Below are positions 1-9,817 of a stretch of 64,000 bases of DNA, one piece after another. The number at the start of each line of letters is the position of its first letter. The first letter of the stretch is position 1. Below the pieces are notes generated by a model. The model saw nothing but the letters and a program-made list of their open reading frames with translations. It was not told the DNA's origin and did not search any database. This DNA is from a virus: the IMG/VR virus record IMGVR_UViG_3300017917_003388, positions 32,001-96,000 of that record; one strand, written 5' to 3'. Both the position numbers and the translations under genes were made by a program.

Positions 1-158
1 TCTAAATTAGGGATTTCATCTATGTAGTCATATTGAATATTTTCTCCATATGTTTTTTTATGAGAAGATTTTCTTGAATTTTTAGTTTTACCTATATAAA
101 CTTTATTGGGATCTCCGTAACAGTTAGTTACAAGATAGATTTTTGTAATATGTATCAT
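1..158 (-). CDS. GIY-YIG homing endonuclease, N-terminus only (runs off the window)
   Basis: Manual translation MIHITKIYLVTNCYGDPNKVYIGKTKNSRK (IY...YIG motif); not in ORF track. Confidence 0.75.
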   Translation of the reverse strand, partial: MIHITKIYLVTNCYGDPNKVYIGKTKNSRKSSHKKTYGENIQYDYIDEIPNL

Positions 159-214
159 CGCAATATAAATTATTTGTCGATGATAAATATTGCAAAACAA
201 CAAAGAGCTGCATT

Positions 215-730
215 TTATGCAGCTTTCTTTGGTCTTCCCCGTCTTCCTCCGGATAACAAAGCACGTTTTGCTTTCTCAGCATCTCTAATTGCTTTCAATT
301 CGGGGTCCATTGGTTTACGTCCTCTTTTACCACCAGTAGGTTTATATTCTGGTTTAACTTTTAGTTCACTTGGGTCTTTACGAGGTCGTCCACGTTGTTT
401 TTTCTCACCAGTATGAATTTTCTCCTTAACAACACCCTCAGCTTTAGAAAAATATTTCATCATTCCCAATTCATATGGGTGTACCACCAATTGGTCCAAT
501 TCATAATTATAAACACTACCTTCAGGACCATATACTTCAAACCCACCATTTGGGAATGTTTGTTTATCTCCTGGTTGATACATTGCTTTTAAAGTAAAAT
601 TAAGTGATGGATCATCTATGTAATTTACAGGTAATACTCTACATCCTTTAACAAAGTGTGTAAATTTACTATCAACATCCACGAAATTTTTTCTTGGAGG
701 GAATACATCTGTATTTTCGAATACATTCAT
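215..730 (-). CDS. Hypothetical protein with C-terminal AT-hook repeats
   Basis: RGRPRK, RGRKP, RGRPKK motifs. Confidence 0.7.
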   Translation of the reverse strand: MNVFENTDVFPPRKNFVDVDSKFTHFVKGCRVLPVNYIDDPSLNFTLKAMYQPGDKQTFPNGGFEVYGPEGSVYNYELDQLVVHPYELGMMKYFSKAEGVVKEKIHTGEKKQRGRPRKDPSELKVKPEYKPTGGKRGRKPMDPELKAIRDAEKAKRALLSGGRRGRPKKAA

Positions 731-758
731 AACTTTTTATTTTTAATAAAGATAAAAA

Positions 759-782
759 AAAAGTTTGGTAATCCAAACTTTT
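759..782 (-). terminator. Intrinsic terminator-like hairpin
   Basis: AAAAGTTTGG-TAAT-CCAAACTTTT inverted repeat followed by a T-run on the minus strand. Confidence 0.6.
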
Positions 783-792
783 AATTAATTTT

Positions 793-933
793 TTATTTAC
801 CCTGCCCGCAATATAATTTCTTATAGTTTTTACTTGATTTTAAAACACTAACTTTTTTTTTACTATGCACACCAGGGCGTTTAACTCTTTTCTTTTTTAA
901 AAATTTTGATGATGATTCTTTTTTCTTAGCCAT
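793..933 (-). CDS. Small, very basic 46-aa protein ending in YCGQGK
   Basis: Manual translation MAKKKESSSKFLKKKRVKRPGVHSKKKVSVLKSSKNYKKLYCGQGK; ATATTTAT motif upstream. Confidence 0.7.
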   Translation of the reverse strand: MAKKKESSSKFLKKKRVKRPGVHSKKKVSVLKSSKNYKKLYCGQGK

Positions 934-974
934 AATTATAATTATTTTTAATTATAAATATGGTATGTTGTTTA

Positions 975-1319
975 TTATTTATTTTTTGTTTTTTTGGAGG
1001 TTAAAGGTTGTTTAACTTCTGATAATTCAGATATTATTTTTTTTATTTCATCACATTTTTCATATAATTCTTTTTCTTCAAAAAAAGGTAAATTATGTTT
1101 AAGTGTATTTAAAAAATATGATTTATCTAAAGTAACTTCAAATATTTTATTTTCTTCAATACATACTATTGAAAATAAATGTATTTTTTTCTTTCTAGAT
1201 TTTAAATTACTTAATATAGAATTAACCACAGTATCTCTAATTTCAAAATCAGCGCGTTCTATCAATGCTTTAAATTCTTGAGTTGTTTCAACCTCAAATA
1301 TGCGTGGTTTAGTTTTCAT
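975..1319 (-). CDS. Hypothetical protein with a UVR-like C-terminal helix
   Basis: ORF track; FEEKELYEKCDEIKK. Confidence 0.6.
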   Translation of the reverse strand: MKTKPRIFEVETTQEFKALIERADFEIRDTVVNSILSNLKSRKKKIHLFSIVCIEENKIFEVTLDKSYFLNTLKHNLPFFEEKELYEKCDEIKKIISELSEVKQPLTSKKTKNK

Positions 1320-1477
1320 TAAAAATATTTTAAGGATTTAAGTTTATTTAATTTTTTGTTTCTTAATTTTTCCATCTGTTCATGTTGTTTCAACATTTTA
1401 GATGCTAATTTTTCTAAATGTTTTGACTTTTGTGATTCATAATCATTGATTATACTATCATGAAGTTTATTTTTCAT
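1319..1477 (-). CDS. Hypothetical protein
   Basis: ORF track; start moved to MKNKLH to avoid overlap with the upstream gene. Confidence 0.55.
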   Translation of the reverse strand: MKNKLHDSIINDYESQKSKHLEKLASKMLKQHEQMEKLRNKKLNKLKSLKYF

Positions 1478-1481
1478 TTTA

Positions 1482-2123
1482 TTATAAATATGAAATAAAT
1501 TCAGAACCATCATCTTTTGGTGGCTCATATAGTCCCAACTTATTTAATTGTTCTATTTGATATTCATCTAATTGAAATTCTATCGCTTCACTAGTCCCAA
1601 ATGTAGGATTGTGTGTTTCTAGTTGATGTATATCCTTATTATTAAATATATCTCCCTGATATAAAAAGTAGCAATTATAGCATAAAAATCTAATATTACC
1701 TAGGTTATAATGATTTGGGTTATTATCTTTAAAATTTAATATTAATGGAATTTTATAATCGTTTACTCTTCTCTCATTAAACTTACAGATATCGCATTCT
1801 TCTTTTAAATATCCTTCTTTTACCATCCTTGCCTTTATTTCTTCAGGTTTAAAATGATTAGATGATATTCTACCTTCTATGACATCTTTAATATCCCATT
1901 GTGATGATTTGGGGGATTTAGTTAAAAATTTAGGAATACCTTTTCCACTTTGATTTTTATGTATATCAAATAAATTTCTGCCTCCTTCAAATTCCTGATA
2001 TCTTTTAGCCCATGTTTTATAATGTATGTAAGACACATTCAAATATCTTGCTGCTGCTTTATTTGACTTAGTCATACGCATAGCAAGAAGAATTTGATCT
2101 TTAGTTAGAGGTTTCGGTTTCAT
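1482..2123 (-). CDS. HTH plus HNH-like zinc-binding domain protein
   Basis: N-terminal AAARYLNVS helix; CDIC...NNPNHYNLGNIRFLCYNC. Confidence 0.65.
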   Translation of the reverse strand: MKPKPLTKDQILLAMRMTKSNKAAARYLNVSYIHYKTWAKRYQEFEGGRNLFDIHKNQSGKGIPKFLTKSPKSSQWDIKDVIEGRISSNHFKPEEIKARMVKEGYLKEECDICKFNERRVNDYKIPLILNFKDNNPNHYNLGNIRFLCYNCYFLYQGDIFNNKDIHQLETHNPTFGTSEAIEFQLDEYQIEQLNKLGLYEPPKDDGSEFISYL

Positions 2124-2429
2124 TTAGTCAAAATCATCTGGTAATTCTGGAATTGGAAGTTCAGGGTTTGAATCATCAGTGTCGGATATATGCTCGTCTT
2201 TTCTGTTGCCTTTAATTTTGAATTCCATTTCTTGAAGACGAATAAATTCGTCTCTTTCCATTATTATGGTTTCATTATATGTGTGATCTCCTTCTCCTTT
2301 TGTAACAGTAATTGCTGCTTTTTTACCAGTTGTTGAACATTTAACACATCTTTTTACATTAGGAAATATTTCTAAACGTTTAGGGTGAATAACCTCTCCA
2401 CATCCTAAACATAATACGTCTTTATTCAT
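2124..2429 (-). CDS. DksA/TraR-type C4 zinc-finger protein
   Basis: CLGCGEVIHPKRLEIFPNVKRCVKC. Confidence 0.7.
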   Translation of the reverse strand: MNKDVLCLGCGEVIHPKRLEIFPNVKRCVKCSTTGKKAAITVTKGEGDHTYNETIIMERDEFIRLQEMEFKIKGNRKDEHISDTDDSNPELPIPELPDDFD

Positions 2430-2826
2430 TTTTATTTTCTTCCTGTTCGTCTATTTCTTTGAAAAAATCCCATAATTCCTTAGCATTTTGTAAATAAATC
2501 TCTCTTTCAGTATCTACATATTGTACTAATAATGGGTATATTTCGTTATTTTCATTTACTCTACCAAAAATATACCAAAATATTATTTCTGTTTTCCATG
2601 TTCCATATTTGATTAAAAATGTATTTTCTATTATTCTATGATATGTAGATTCATATTCCAATAGATTAATTCCACATAATTCATATGTTTTTATAGAATT
2701 AGCCCATATTTCTTCAAATAATGAAATTGCTTCTATAAACAATTCTTCTTCAGATAATATTTTAGGTTGAGGAGTTTTTTCTTTTATTTGTAAATATTCT
2801 CCAAATTTACTCAGATCCAATTGCAT
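2422..2826 (-). CDS. Hypothetical protein
   Basis: ORF track; coupled to neighbours. Confidence 0.6.
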   Translation of the reverse strand: MQLDLSKFGEYLQIKEKTPQPKILSEEELFIEAISLFEEIWANSIKTYELCGINLLEYESTYHRIIENTFLIKYGTWKTEIIFWYIFGRVNENNEIYPLLVQYVDTEREIYLQNAKELWDFFKEIDEQEENKNE

Positions 2827-2989
2827 ATATTTTTAAAAAATTAATTGTTGACATGTTTTTTCTTTCACTGAAGTAATCTAAGGCATCTTCTTCAGATTGG
2901 GAATATATTCTATCTATTGCTTCTTTGTTTGGATCATTTTTAATATAGGAAAAATATTTTTTATAATTTTTAGATTCAAATGTATTCAT
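2807..2989 (-). CDS. Hypothetical protein
   Basis: ORF track. Confidence 0.55.
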   Translation of the reverse strand: MNTFESKNYKKYFSYIKNDPNKEAIDRIYSQSEEDALDYFSERKNMSTINFLKIYAIGSE

Positions 2990-3046
2990 AATTTTATTAT
3001 TTTTTAGTTTATTTAAAATAAAAAAAATTTTTTAAATTCCAAATTT

Positions 3047-4051
3047 TTATTTCCAAAAACTATAAATTCCTTTATCTAATTCATATTCAGACCATATATA
3101 TCTATCACGCATTGGTTGCTGTCGAGCCCAATCCCACATTTGTGTTAATCCATCTTTTAAAGATGTTTTATATTGATAACCTAATATATCAACTGATTTT
3201 TTCCAAGTAGGAATTGAATGTTTAACTTCATGTCTAGCTTCTTTAAAAACAATGTTCCCACCACCTATTACTTCTCTTAATGTATCACATGCTTCTAATA
3301 TTGATATTTCTTCAATTCCTCCAACATTTATGATTTCTTTAGAAGCTTGGGGCAACATTGCAGCATTCCAGAATGGTTCTAAATTATCATCTATGTAACT
3401 AAATGCTCTAGTCTGAGAACCATCTCCAAATATAGTCATAGGTTGATCATTCATATATTGATACATCCATATACCTAATACATTTCTATATTTATCCCAA
3501 ATGTTTTGTTTAATCCCATAAACATTGTGAGGACGAATAATACACCAATCTAAACCATGTTGTTCTCCTGCAATTTGAATATCCATTTCACATGCATATT
3601 TAGCTACTCCATATGGGTCAATAGGTTTAGGAATTTGATCTTCATCAAAAATTCCACCATATCCATGACCATATACTGCTAATGTAGAAGTAAAAATTAA
3701 ACGTTTAACATCATGTTTTATACATTCATTAACAATATTAGCTGTGGCAACTAAATTATTTTGATAATTGTAATTACGGATAAAAGGAGATAATCCTTCA
3801 GCAGCATATGCTGCAAAATGGAATACATAATCTGGATTATATTTATCAAATATCTGATTTAAAGTAATTTTATTAATTAAATTTGCTTCAACAAAATTAA
3901 CACTAGGATTAATGTTTTCAATATATCCCCCACTTAAATCATCAATACCTATAACTTTATATTCTGGTTTATTTTCGATAATCCAATCTGCTAATCTACT
4001 CCCTAATAATCCAGCTACCCCTGTTATTAAAATGGTTTTTTCTTTTTTCAT
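3047..4051 (-). CDS. NAD-dependent epimerase/dehydratase (extended SDR)
   Basis: TGVAGLLG Rossmann motif, YGVAK (YxxxK), RPHNVYG. Confidence 0.9.
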   Translation of the reverse strand: MKKEKTILITGVAGLLGSRLADWIIENKPEYKVIGIDDLSGGYIENINPSVNFVEANLINKITLNQIFDKYNPDYVFHFAAYAAEGLSPFIRNYNYQNNLVATANIVNECIKHDVKRLIFTSTLAVYGHGYGGIFDEDQIPKPIDPYGVAKYACEMDIQIAGEQHGLDWCIIRPHNVYGIKQNIWDKYRNVLGIWMYQYMNDQPMTIFGDGSQTRAFSYIDDNLEPFWNAAMLPQASKEIINVGGIEEISILEACDTLREVIGGGNIVFKEARHEVKHSIPTWKKSVDILGYQYKTSLKDGLTQMWDWARQQPMRDRYIWSEYELDKGIYSFWK

Positions 4052-4054
4052 AAA

Positions 4055-4852
4055 TTAATATTCTATTCCTTTAATAAAACTTCCTTTTGGTCTATGACTA
4101 TTATTTTTAAATAATTGTGGAGGTATCCCCCATTTATAATAAAATGTTTCAGCTGCTGGATGTTCGGTTGCTTTAAACATTTCACCTTCTTTACCATTCT
4201 TAGTTGCAGCACTTCCAAAATGATAAAAATGTAAATTATTCATTCTATAAAATTGTTTTCCATTTAAATCTAATTTAAGAAAAAAATCCCAATCACATAT
4301 AAATGGTGAATTATATAGTGTATCAAACCCACCTACAATCATGTAATCTTTTTTAGATATAACAAAAGGGAATATACCCCCATCACAAGTTAGTTGGTTA
4401 TTTCGTATAGTTTGTTCATATTCAATAAATTCATCATATCTAAATTCACTAGGTTGTTTACCTAAATTATTTACTGGAAAGTTGAATATACCAGGACCTG
4501 TGGGTTCAATTTGGTTGATTGTAAATATAAAATCTGGTTGATATTGTTCTAGAATTATTCTATCCCAATCTTTACATAGTACATTATCATCATTAATAAT
4601 AACAATACATTCATTATTTGCATTCATTACAGCAAGGTTTAATGCTGTTTGCATGCCTTTATTATTTACTAAATCCAATACAACAATATCATGAGCATAT
4701 TTCTTCAATATTTCAGCACTTTCCTCAAAAAAACCATCTACAGCTACAATAATTTCATTTTTATTTATTTGATTTTCTATAGCTGATTTAAGACATAAAT
4801 CTAAATATTCGGGATTGCGATAAGTGGGTATTATTAAACTTAATTTTTTCAT
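4055..4852 (-). CDS. Glycosyltransferase family 2
   Basis: SLIIPTY...VDG...NDD, GGFD...DWDF. Confidence 0.85.
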   Translation of the reverse strand: MKKLSLIIPTYRNPEYLDLCLKSAIENQINKNEIIVAVDGFFEESAEILKKYAHDIVVLDLVNNKGMQTALNLAVMNANNECIVIINDDNVLCKDWDRIILEQYQPDFIFTINQIEPTGPGIFNFPVNNLGKQPSEFRYDEFIEYEQTIRNNQLTCDGGIFPFVISKKDYMIVGGFDTLYNSPFICDWDFFLKLDLNGKQFYRMNNLHFYHFGSAATKNGKEGEMFKATEHPAAETFYYKWGIPPQLFKNNSHRPKGSFIKGIEY

Positions 4853-5544
4853 ATTTTAGACCAATCAGTTAAAGGTGATAACCAAGCTGTTTCTCCATGA
4901 GTTGAATATCCAGGTATTGGTGTTACTAGTCCACGTTGTTTTTCATTTCTTAAAGTTAAAAACATGTGGAAATCATTTGGATGTGTTCCTGATGTAAACT
5001 CTCTTAGAATTGCTTCGTCTTGTTTTAAAGTACTTACTTTGGCGGCAAATGTCATGGTTGTAGAGTTTGTTAGTTTCCAATGGCAAGAATCTGTTAACAT
5101 TAATCTTGTTACTTCTCCACCATCTTCTACAAATGGATTTGCTCCATTAATATATTTATCTGGATGATCATATAAAGATACATAATGGAATCCTAAACTA
5201 AAACCTTCTTCTAGTATTTTATCTGAGTTTGGTTTATGAAGATAATCATTTTCTAAAAAATAAACTATTTCATCATCTGGAAAAGTTAGAGCCATATCTA
5301 AGGCTAAATTAAATGTTCCTGCTCCATGACCTATAGAAACTTTTTGTATAGCATTTTTAGTAATATATTTGTTAATCATATCTAATGTAGGTTCACTACA
5401 ATTATCGGCTATAACATACCATATTGCTTTATCTAATTTCTCTACAGCATTTTTTAAACAATTTTCATTATTAATGTAATCTGGTTTTACTTTAGAATAT
5501 CCAGTGTCACTTATTCTATATATTATTCTTAATTTATTTTCCAT
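4849..5544 (-). CDS. GT-A fold glycosyltransferase-like protein
   Basis: IADNCS, YFLENDYLH; start moved to MENKLRIIYRISD. Confidence 0.7.
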   Translation of the reverse strand: MENKLRIIYRISDTGYSKVKPDYINNENCLKNAVEKLDKAIWYVIADNCSEPTLDMINKYITKNAIQKVSIGHGAGTFNLALDMALTFPDDEIVYFLENDYLHKPNSDKILEEGFSLGFHYVSLYDHPDKYINGANPFVEDGGEVTRLMLTDSCHWKLTNSTTMTFAAKVSTLKQDEAILREFTSGTHPNDFHMFLTLRNEKQRGLVTPIPGYSTHGETAWLSPLTDWSKI

Positions 5545-6360
5545 ATATATCCATATGCTGTTTTTCTTTTTCCATGGCAACATTCATTTATTGCTGCTGA
5601 GCCTTTAGGTTTATTTATTGTTATTGCGGCTTCTGTTTGTGATTTATATTTTTTTATGAAATTACCTTCTAAATCAAATTGTAAGACTGGTTTAGATTTA
5701 TTTATACTATTTTCCAATTTAAATTTTTCTGATCTGTTTTTCCCTAAATGTCCTTTGTTTGGGCTTGTTCTACCTTTATGAGCTTTTGATACTCCAGGTT
5801 TGGGAATACCCAAATGTTTTATTCTTCGTTTATAATTAGATTCTGGTGATTGTTTTTGATTTTTCTTTTTATTACTAATTTTAAGTCCAAATCCTTCTGG
5901 TTTAGGTTTTCCTTTGTTAGCCTTACTTATTTTTTGTTTAGTTTCTTTATTAATTGGTTTTCCTTTTAATTTTTCACTAGTTGAGGGTCGTTTTTGTCCT
6001 TTTCTTTTTTCTCTACTTTTTTCAATGGATTCTTTATTATGTTTAGTTAATCCACCTCCCCCATTATTCTTATTCTTTAAATCGAATCCCCAACTTCGGA
6101 ATAAACTTATATAATGTTTTTCCCAAAATTTCCATTCACCTATATTTACATAGTCAATTTCTTCAATTTTTAATTGTATTTTATTTGATTTCCATTTATG
6201 ATGACTTAATCTACGAGATATATTATTTGTTTTTCCTATATATATTGGTTTTTCTTTTTCTATTAAAACATATATATAACATTTTTCTTCTTTCATTTTA
6301 TAATAAATATTATAAAAACTATAGAGAGACCACCATATCACTTATTCTATATATTATTCT
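5507..6360. repeat. 23-bp perfect direct repeat (5507-5529 and 6338-6360) flanking the HEG
   Basis: tcacttattctatatattattct at both positions; covers the RIIYRISD codons on the minus strand. Confidence 0.9.
5529..6296 (-). mobile_element. Free-standing GIY-YIG homing endonuclease (NUMOD3/NUMOD1)
   Basis: YIYVL...IYIGKT; KPVLQFDLEGNFIK...KTAYGYIWK; flanked by 23-bp direct repeats. Confidence 0.85.
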
Positions 6361-7034
6361 CATTTTTTAACTAATGCTGAAGTTATACTTCTGAATTTAT
6401 ATTGGGGTTCTTGATTAGGATTAAATTTATTATGGATTTCAATAATATCTATATTTTCATTTAAATATCTATTTTGTTCTGGGTTCAAGTATATACTATT
6501 AAATGATTCCATTAAATAATATAAAGTTGTATTTTTTCTATTTTCATGAATATCTATATATTTCCCATATAGTGGATATCCATTATCAGCTAAAGATGTA
6601 TGTAAATCTTCTATAAAATATATCCCTTTAGATTTCAACAATGGAAATAAATAACCTAAAGTAATTTGTTGATCAAACATATGATGACTTCCATCATCTA
6701 ATATAACATCAAATTCATATCCTTTAGATATACATTCATTATAAAAATTAACAAGTTGGGAAGGTTGAGATTGATCTAATTGAAAAGTATATATTCTATC
6801 ATTATTATATTTACTTTTATCTTCAATATCTAATCCTATTATTATACTATTAGGTAAATATTCATACCACGTGTTAAGTGATTTACCATGACATACTCCT
6901 ATTTCTAATATTAGAAGGGAATTATTTTTTATAGGTTCTAAATATTTTTCATAAAACGAAGCATATGAATGTTTAGGACCTATTTCTGTACCTTTATCAG
7001 ATTGGTATTTATTAAATAAACTATTTAAATCCAT
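6360..7034 (-). CDS. Class I SAM-dependent O-methyltransferase
   Basis: LEIGVCHGKS, GLDI, ILDDGSH, IEDLH. Confidence 0.85.
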   Translation of the reverse strand: MDLNSLFNKYQSDKGTEIGPKHSYASFYEKYLEPIKNNSLLILEIGVCHGKSLNTWYEYLPNSIIIGLDIEDKSKYNNDRIYTFQLDQSQPSQLVNFYNECISKGYEFDVILDDGSHHMFDQQITLGYLFPLLKSKGIYFIEDLHTSLADNGYPLYGKYIDIHENRKNTTLYYLMESFNSIYLNPEQNRYLNENIDIIEIHNKFNPNQEPQYKFRSITSALVKK

Positions 7035-7035
7035 T

Positions 7036-7617
7036 TTATTTACTAGCTTTTATACAAAGTGAATCAAATGTACTCAGATTATATCCAAGTTCTACAAGAT
7101 ATTCAGTTATTTTTCTTAAATTTTCACCCCCATAGAATGGTCCATCAGAATGAGCTGCTTCAAATATTATATTTCTAAAATCATATTTTGAAAAATCAAT
7201 ACTAGCTATTATATGAACATCTAATCCTTCAGCATCTATGAATAAATAATCAACATATGTTAGATTATATTTATCCATTAATTGATTAATACTTAAACAC
7301 TGAACATCCATTGATAATACAGGATATTGTTCTAAAGAAGGACTATGGTATTTAGTATGATAATAATCAAATGAACTTACTTCATAATTACTATCTTTAA
7401 GATAATACAATTTAGTATTTTTAATAGTTTCATCATTAGATATAGCTATATTTTCTATAATTGTTTTACCAATGTTTTTATATTGGGATTTCAGATCATC
7501 AATAATAAAAGGAATTGGTTCTACTAATATTAATAATTCTAAATCATCTATATTTTCATTAACAAAATCATATACATGATCCTTACCATTATTAGCACCT
7601 ATTTGTATTATTTTCAT
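7036..7617 (-). CDS. FkbM-family methyltransferase
   Basis: QIGANNG, VEP, IDAEGLD. Confidence 0.85.
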   Translation of the reverse strand: MKIIQIGANNGKDHVYDFVNENIDDLELLILVEPIPFIIDDLKSQYKNIGKTIIENIAISNDETIKNTKLYYLKDSNYEVSSFDYYHTKYHSPSLEQYPVLSMDVQCLSINQLMDKYNLTYVDYLFIDAEGLDVHIIASIDFSKYDFRNIIFEAAHSDGPFYGGENLRKITEYLVELGYNLSTFDSLCIKASK

Positions 7618-7841
7618 ATTAGTTTACTATAGTAATTATTTTGTTTTTCTTGTTTTTCTATGGTTTTCGGATGATATAATGCATATTCTTCTAATTCTGG
7701 TAAATTAGCATATGTTTTATACCCATCTAATACTTCATGTATTTTATTTTTCCATTTAATTTCAGAAGTATTTTTATAAATACGCCATTGCATATCACTC
7801 CATTGAATAATTGGTTTGTAGTATTTTACTTTAATTTTCAT
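7614..7841 (-). CDS. C-terminal fragment of a split GT2 glycosyltransferase
   Basis: DMQWRIYKN...WKNKIHEVL...LYHPK is the usual continuation of the GT2 at 8541-9080. Confidence 0.75.
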   Translation of the reverse strand: MKIKVKYYKPIIQWSDMQWRIYKNTSEIKWKNKIHEVLDGYKTYANLPELEEYALYHPKTIEKQEKQNNYYSKLI

Positions 7842-7857
7842 AATTGAATATAATAAA

Positions 7858-8511
7858 TTAATTTTTGTATCTCCAAATATAGCCCCCAGCTGATTTATTT
7901 ACTCCGTTATTTCTGGCGTTCCCAGCGATTACGGATGGGTTAATTTTTAATTCAAAACTAGCATTTTTAACACTTTCCCATTCTTTAATAAGGTTTCCTT
8001 GTTTATCATACTGTAAAACAGGTTTAGAGTTCCTTTTAATTAATTCTTTCACAAAGGTTTCATTTCTTTTTTTTCCTTTATTGATTTTACTAATTTTTTC
8101 TCCAAATCCTTTAGGCTTAGGTTTAGAATTAGCTTTACCTATTTTTTTATTTCGTTCTTCACTTTTAATTTTATCTCCAAATCCTTTAGGTTTAGGTTTA
8201 TTTTTAGTAAAATTGTTCCATTTCTTTTTTATATATTCATATTCTCTAGAAGAAACAATGTATTTCGTTTTTTTATTTTTATTTATAGACATTAAAAATA
8301 AAGCATACCATAACTTTTGATTGTTTGGATAAATTTCACAAAGTAATTTATGACATAAAAAGTGTTCTCGTGCTGTTAGTTCTACTAAATTTTCTTCTTC
8401 ATCCAAACCACCCATACATCTTGGTATGATATGGTGGTTTTCTTTATAGTCTTCTAATTTACGAGTTTTAGCACGTTCTATAATTTGGTTGTAAATTTTT
8501 ATATATTCCAT
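7858..8511 (-). mobile_element. Free-standing HNH homing endonuclease (NUMOD3/NUMOD1)
   Basis: ENHHIIPRCMGG...NLVELTAREHFLCH; C-terminal NUMOD1. Confidence 0.85.
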
Positions 8512-8540
8512 ATAGATAATATTTATTATAAATATAACAT

Positions 8541-9080
8541 CTATTCGGAAGATATAACCCTTTCCTCAATAATTAAGTTATTTTGTTTTAGTAAATTATA
8601 CTCATCTAAATCTTTTGGATTAGATAAATCAAATACTTTTTCTTCTTTTATATTTTCTAATTTGCTTATTTTCCAGTTCCATTTTTGAACATGGGATAAC
8701 CCTATTCTTTCAACAGTATTTACTCTTGGTACTAAAATTACATCAGTTGTATTATTTTCCAGAATATATGGGATATTTTTTATCAAATATGGATTAGGAA
8801 TCTCATCTGCATCTAAATTTATTATTACGTCGCCTGAGCATAATGAATTTAATGTATTTTTCCAATTTGCGAAATGTCCTTCAAATTTTCCTTCATACCA
8901 ATTGAATTCTCCATTTACTGAGTGAGATCTTAGGTAATCTTCTACAGCATTACAATTTTTGGATTTATCAAATAATATTACAATTTCATCTTCTAAACGT
9001 TTATGTTCAAGTAAAAAATTAACTAAACGTTGAATTTCCATTATTTCATCACATACTGTGATCCCATATGAAATTTTCAT
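8541..9080 (-). CDS. N-terminal fragment of a split GT2 glycosyltransferase
   Basis: ISYGITVCDE, LDADE (DxD), VPRVN. Confidence 0.8.
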   Translation of the reverse strand: MKISYGITVCDEIMEIQRLVNFLLEHKRLEDEIVILFDKSKNCNAVEDYLRSHSVNGEFNWYEGKFEGHFANWKNTLNSLCSGDVIINLDADEIPNPYLIKNIPYILENNTTDVILVPRVNTVERIGLSHVQKWNWKISKLENIKEEKVFDLSNPKDLDEYNLLKQNNLIIEERVISSE

Positions 9081-9149
9081 ATAACTTAATTATTAATTTT
9101 ATATTAATTGAATATATATAAATTTTTTATAAACCCCAATTTAAAAAAA

Positions 9150-9605
9150 TTATTCAAATATCCCTATATATTCTAAAGCATCTATGAAATTATAAGTATC
9201 GAATGTTTCCATAGTAGTCATATCCATACGATATTCATAAAATTCTCCAGATTTTCCTTTGATTGGATATTTCTCTTTTTCTTCTTCGGTAATACGCACC
9301 GCTTTAACTGCTGCCCATTTTGCATTGTCTTTAGATGTACCATTGTAAAATATCATACCTTGATTTGGAATATTAATTGTTGTCGGCATCCATTCCAGAC
9401 CATTTTCATCTTTAAATATTACATCTTTGTAAAGTTCAGGAAGAATTTCTAATTGTTGTTTATAAAATTCTTCTCCTTCTTTCATTAAACTATTGGTTGT
9501 AAAACCACATCCAAAACAATTATATGTTTTAATTTCTGGGGTATTTTCTATTACATAACATGCATCTGATTTTCCACAGGGGCACATATTTAAATTATCT
9601 ATCAT
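9150..9605 (-). CDS. Hypothetical protein with an N-terminal Cys cluster
   Basis: CPCG...C...CFGCG. Confidence 0.65.
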   Translation of the reverse strand: MIDNLNMCPCGKSDACYVIENTPEIKTYNCFGCGFTTNSLMKEGEEFYKQQLEILPELYKDVIFKDENGLEWMPTTINIPNQGMIFYNGTSKDNAKWAAVKAVRITEEEKEKYPIKGKSGEFYEYRMDMTTMETFDTYNFIDALEYIGIFE

Positions 9606-9619
9606 TTTTATTTAATATT

Positions 9620-9817
9620 TTAAAGATTTTTTTCAATTATATTTTTGTATTCTTCTAATAATTTAGGATTTGGTTTTGAATTAAGTATGTTAGTTTTTAC
9701 AACGAATTCATTTAATTTTTTACCCAAAAGTCTTTCAGATGTTTTTTTATTTATTTCATCTAAAAGATATTTTTTGAAATATTTAAAATCTGAAAGAAAT
9801 GTTATCAGTTTATTCAT
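9620..9817 (-). CDS. Hypothetical protein
   Basis: ORF track; start moved to MNKLIT. Confidence 0.5.
   Translation of the reverse strand: MNKLITFLSDFKYFKKYLLDEINKKTSERLLGKKLNEFVVKTNILNSKPNPKLLEEYKNIIEKNL

Noticed and set aside
5529-8511. Group I/II introns around the HEGs
   Set aside because: Flanking non-coding stretches are far too short and AT-rich to hold a ribozyme core.
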